Source of the DNA: an uncultured Thermococci archaeon
Lineage (GTDB): Archaea > Methanobacteriota_B > Thermococci > Thermococcales > Thermococcaceae
Direction: 5' to 3'
Length of the DNA stretch: 41,633 bases
NCBI GenBank assembly: GCA_964487115.1
Contig: CAZAPD010000046.1
Location: forward strand, 1-41,633
A program made the translations under genes and the position numbers. Positions within the stretch are counted from its first letter, which is position 1. The number at the start of each line of letters is the position of its first letter. Positions 40,522 to 41,633 of the stretch are shown here, in pieces. The notes beneath the pieces were generated by a model. That model ran no database searches. It was not told where the DNA came from and was given only the letters and a program-made list of their open reading frames with translations.

Positions 40522-41633
40522 ATGAGAAAAAAACTTGCTTTGATAAGCATTGACGGCTGTGGAATTTATAACCTCAAATACATGCCTTTCCTGAGTTCCC
40601 TTGTTGAGGAAGGACATTTTGCAGTCGTTAATTCTATATTCCCCACACTCACCGATTTGGTGCACACCAGTGTCATGACGGGAGTTTACCCAAAGGATCA
40701 CGGTGTTGTGGAAAACGGTTACTATGATCGCTTAGCTGATAGGAAGATAAACTTCTATGACCATGAAGTTGCTTTCAATCCTCATAAAGTTATCAAAGCT
40801 CCTACCATCATTGATATCCTCCGCTCTGTGGGAATTAGGAGCGCCAGCGTCTCTGGTTACACAATGCCTCCCTTCAGCGGAACAAATGTCAGGATTTTTC
40901 CACCATTCTTTAGCGATGACAAGCTCTACCGCCAACATGGAAGAGATTGGCGCAAGGATGTTTGGGTCGGTAACTCGGCTCTGTATCTTTATGAAGAATG
41001 CAAACCGGATTTACTTCTGGTTCACTTCTGCTCAATTGACGGCATGCAGCATGACTATGGTCCGTTAAGCGAAGATTCCCTAAAAGCTGTTAAAACTGTA
41101 GATTCCATGCTCGAAAAATTGTGGAAGAAATTGAAGAGTGAATATGCTTTTATTGTCTTCGCTGATCACGGGCAGGAAGAGGTTCATACATGGGTGAATC
41201 TGAGGGTTTATCTAAGGAAGCATGGAATCGAGACGCTCCGTGTTTCTTCAGGTGGCGGGATTCATGTATACCTCAGAAACCCAAATCACGCTGAGGAAGC
41301 CTTTGAGATCCTTAAAAAGGCACCGGGGGTTAAGCATGTCTTCTTCAGAGAGGATTTACCTCACTTAAACACACCAAACAGTGGAGAACTTATAATCTCG
41401 GCAAAACCCGGTTACTGGTTCTGTTCGCATAGGATGTGCAAGGGGATAAAGGGAGTAAGCCACTGGGTTAAAGGAATGCATGGCTCGATGAACGAGTCTG
41501 TCGTTAAAGTTCCGCTGATACTGTGGGGTTTCGAGAAAGTTAAGCTTGAGAACGCCTCACTGATGGACATAGCGCCGACGGTTCTGGATTTCTTCGGCGT
41601 TGAGAAGCCGGGAAACATGGTGGGGAGGAGTTT
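40522..41633 (+). CDS. Alkaline-phosphatase superfamily nucleotide pyrophosphatase/phosphodiesterase (3' end beyond window; absent from ORF track)
   Basis: Open frame MRKKLALISIDG...FPTLT...HTSVMTG...HGVVENG...IDGMQHDYG...ADHGQ...GMHGS running to the edge. Confidence 0.9.
   Translation, partial: MRKKLALISIDGCGIYNLKYMPFLSSLVEEGHFAVVNSIFPTLTDLVHTSVMTGVYPKDHGVVENGYYDRLADRKINFYDHEVAFNPHKVIKAPTIIDILRSVGIRSASVSGYTMPPFSGTNVRIFPPFFSDDKLYRQHGRDWRKDVWVGNSALYLYEECKPDLLLVHFCSIDGMQHDYGPLSEDSLKAVKTVDSMLEKLWKKLKSEYAFIVFADHGQEEVHTWVNLRVYLRKHGIETLRVSSGGGIHVYLRNPNHAEEAFEILKKAPGVKHVFFREDLPHLNTPNSGELIISAKPGYWFCSHRMCKGIKGVSHWVKGMHGSMNESVVKVPLILWGFEKVKLENASLMDIAPTVLDFFGVEKPGNMVGRS

Noticed and set aside
40396..41618. 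Short ORFs suggesting a fragmented gene at the right end
   Set aside because: A single uninterrupted + frame from 40522 explains the region

Overview
Chromosomal segment of a Thermococcales archaeon, judged from GGTGA ribosome-binding sites, BRE-TATA promoters and typical gene content. From left to right: (1) a CRISPR array of 23 identical 30-bp repeats, transcribed on the - strand from a leader at right, with no cas genes in the window; (2) NiFe-hydrogenase maturation genes hypC-D-F-E, with three long SurR-type motifs before hypF; (3) a decayed IS200/IS605 tnpB remnant; (4) mobA, a GNAT, a TPR protein, and a surface protein followed by a broken neighbour of the same architecture; (5) rnz, TraB, Zn-ribbon, KH and site-2 protease genes; (6) pgi and ADP-glucokinase, each with a TGM-like site; (7) the mannosylglycerate operon mpgS-mpgP-manC-pmm, with a Phr-like heat-shock operator on its promoter; (8) a Ni-type ECF transporter with a NikR-like site; (9) the rpl44e-rps27e-eIF2alpha-nop10-PAC2 operon with a structured leader, and a split LysO pair; (10) an AT-rich accessory sugar island (ABC transporter, TrmB regulator, beta-PGM, GH65 phosphorylase, and a GH130 with hydrolase-type motifs); (11) two candidate C/D-box sRNAs, alanine aminotransferase, a ThiS/SAMP protein, tRNA-Cys, tRNA-Ser, nreA, and an alkaline-phosphatase/NPP-family gene cut by the window edge. 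All family calls are by eye from motifs; no searches were run. The best leads are the GH65+GH130 island and the regulatory sites.
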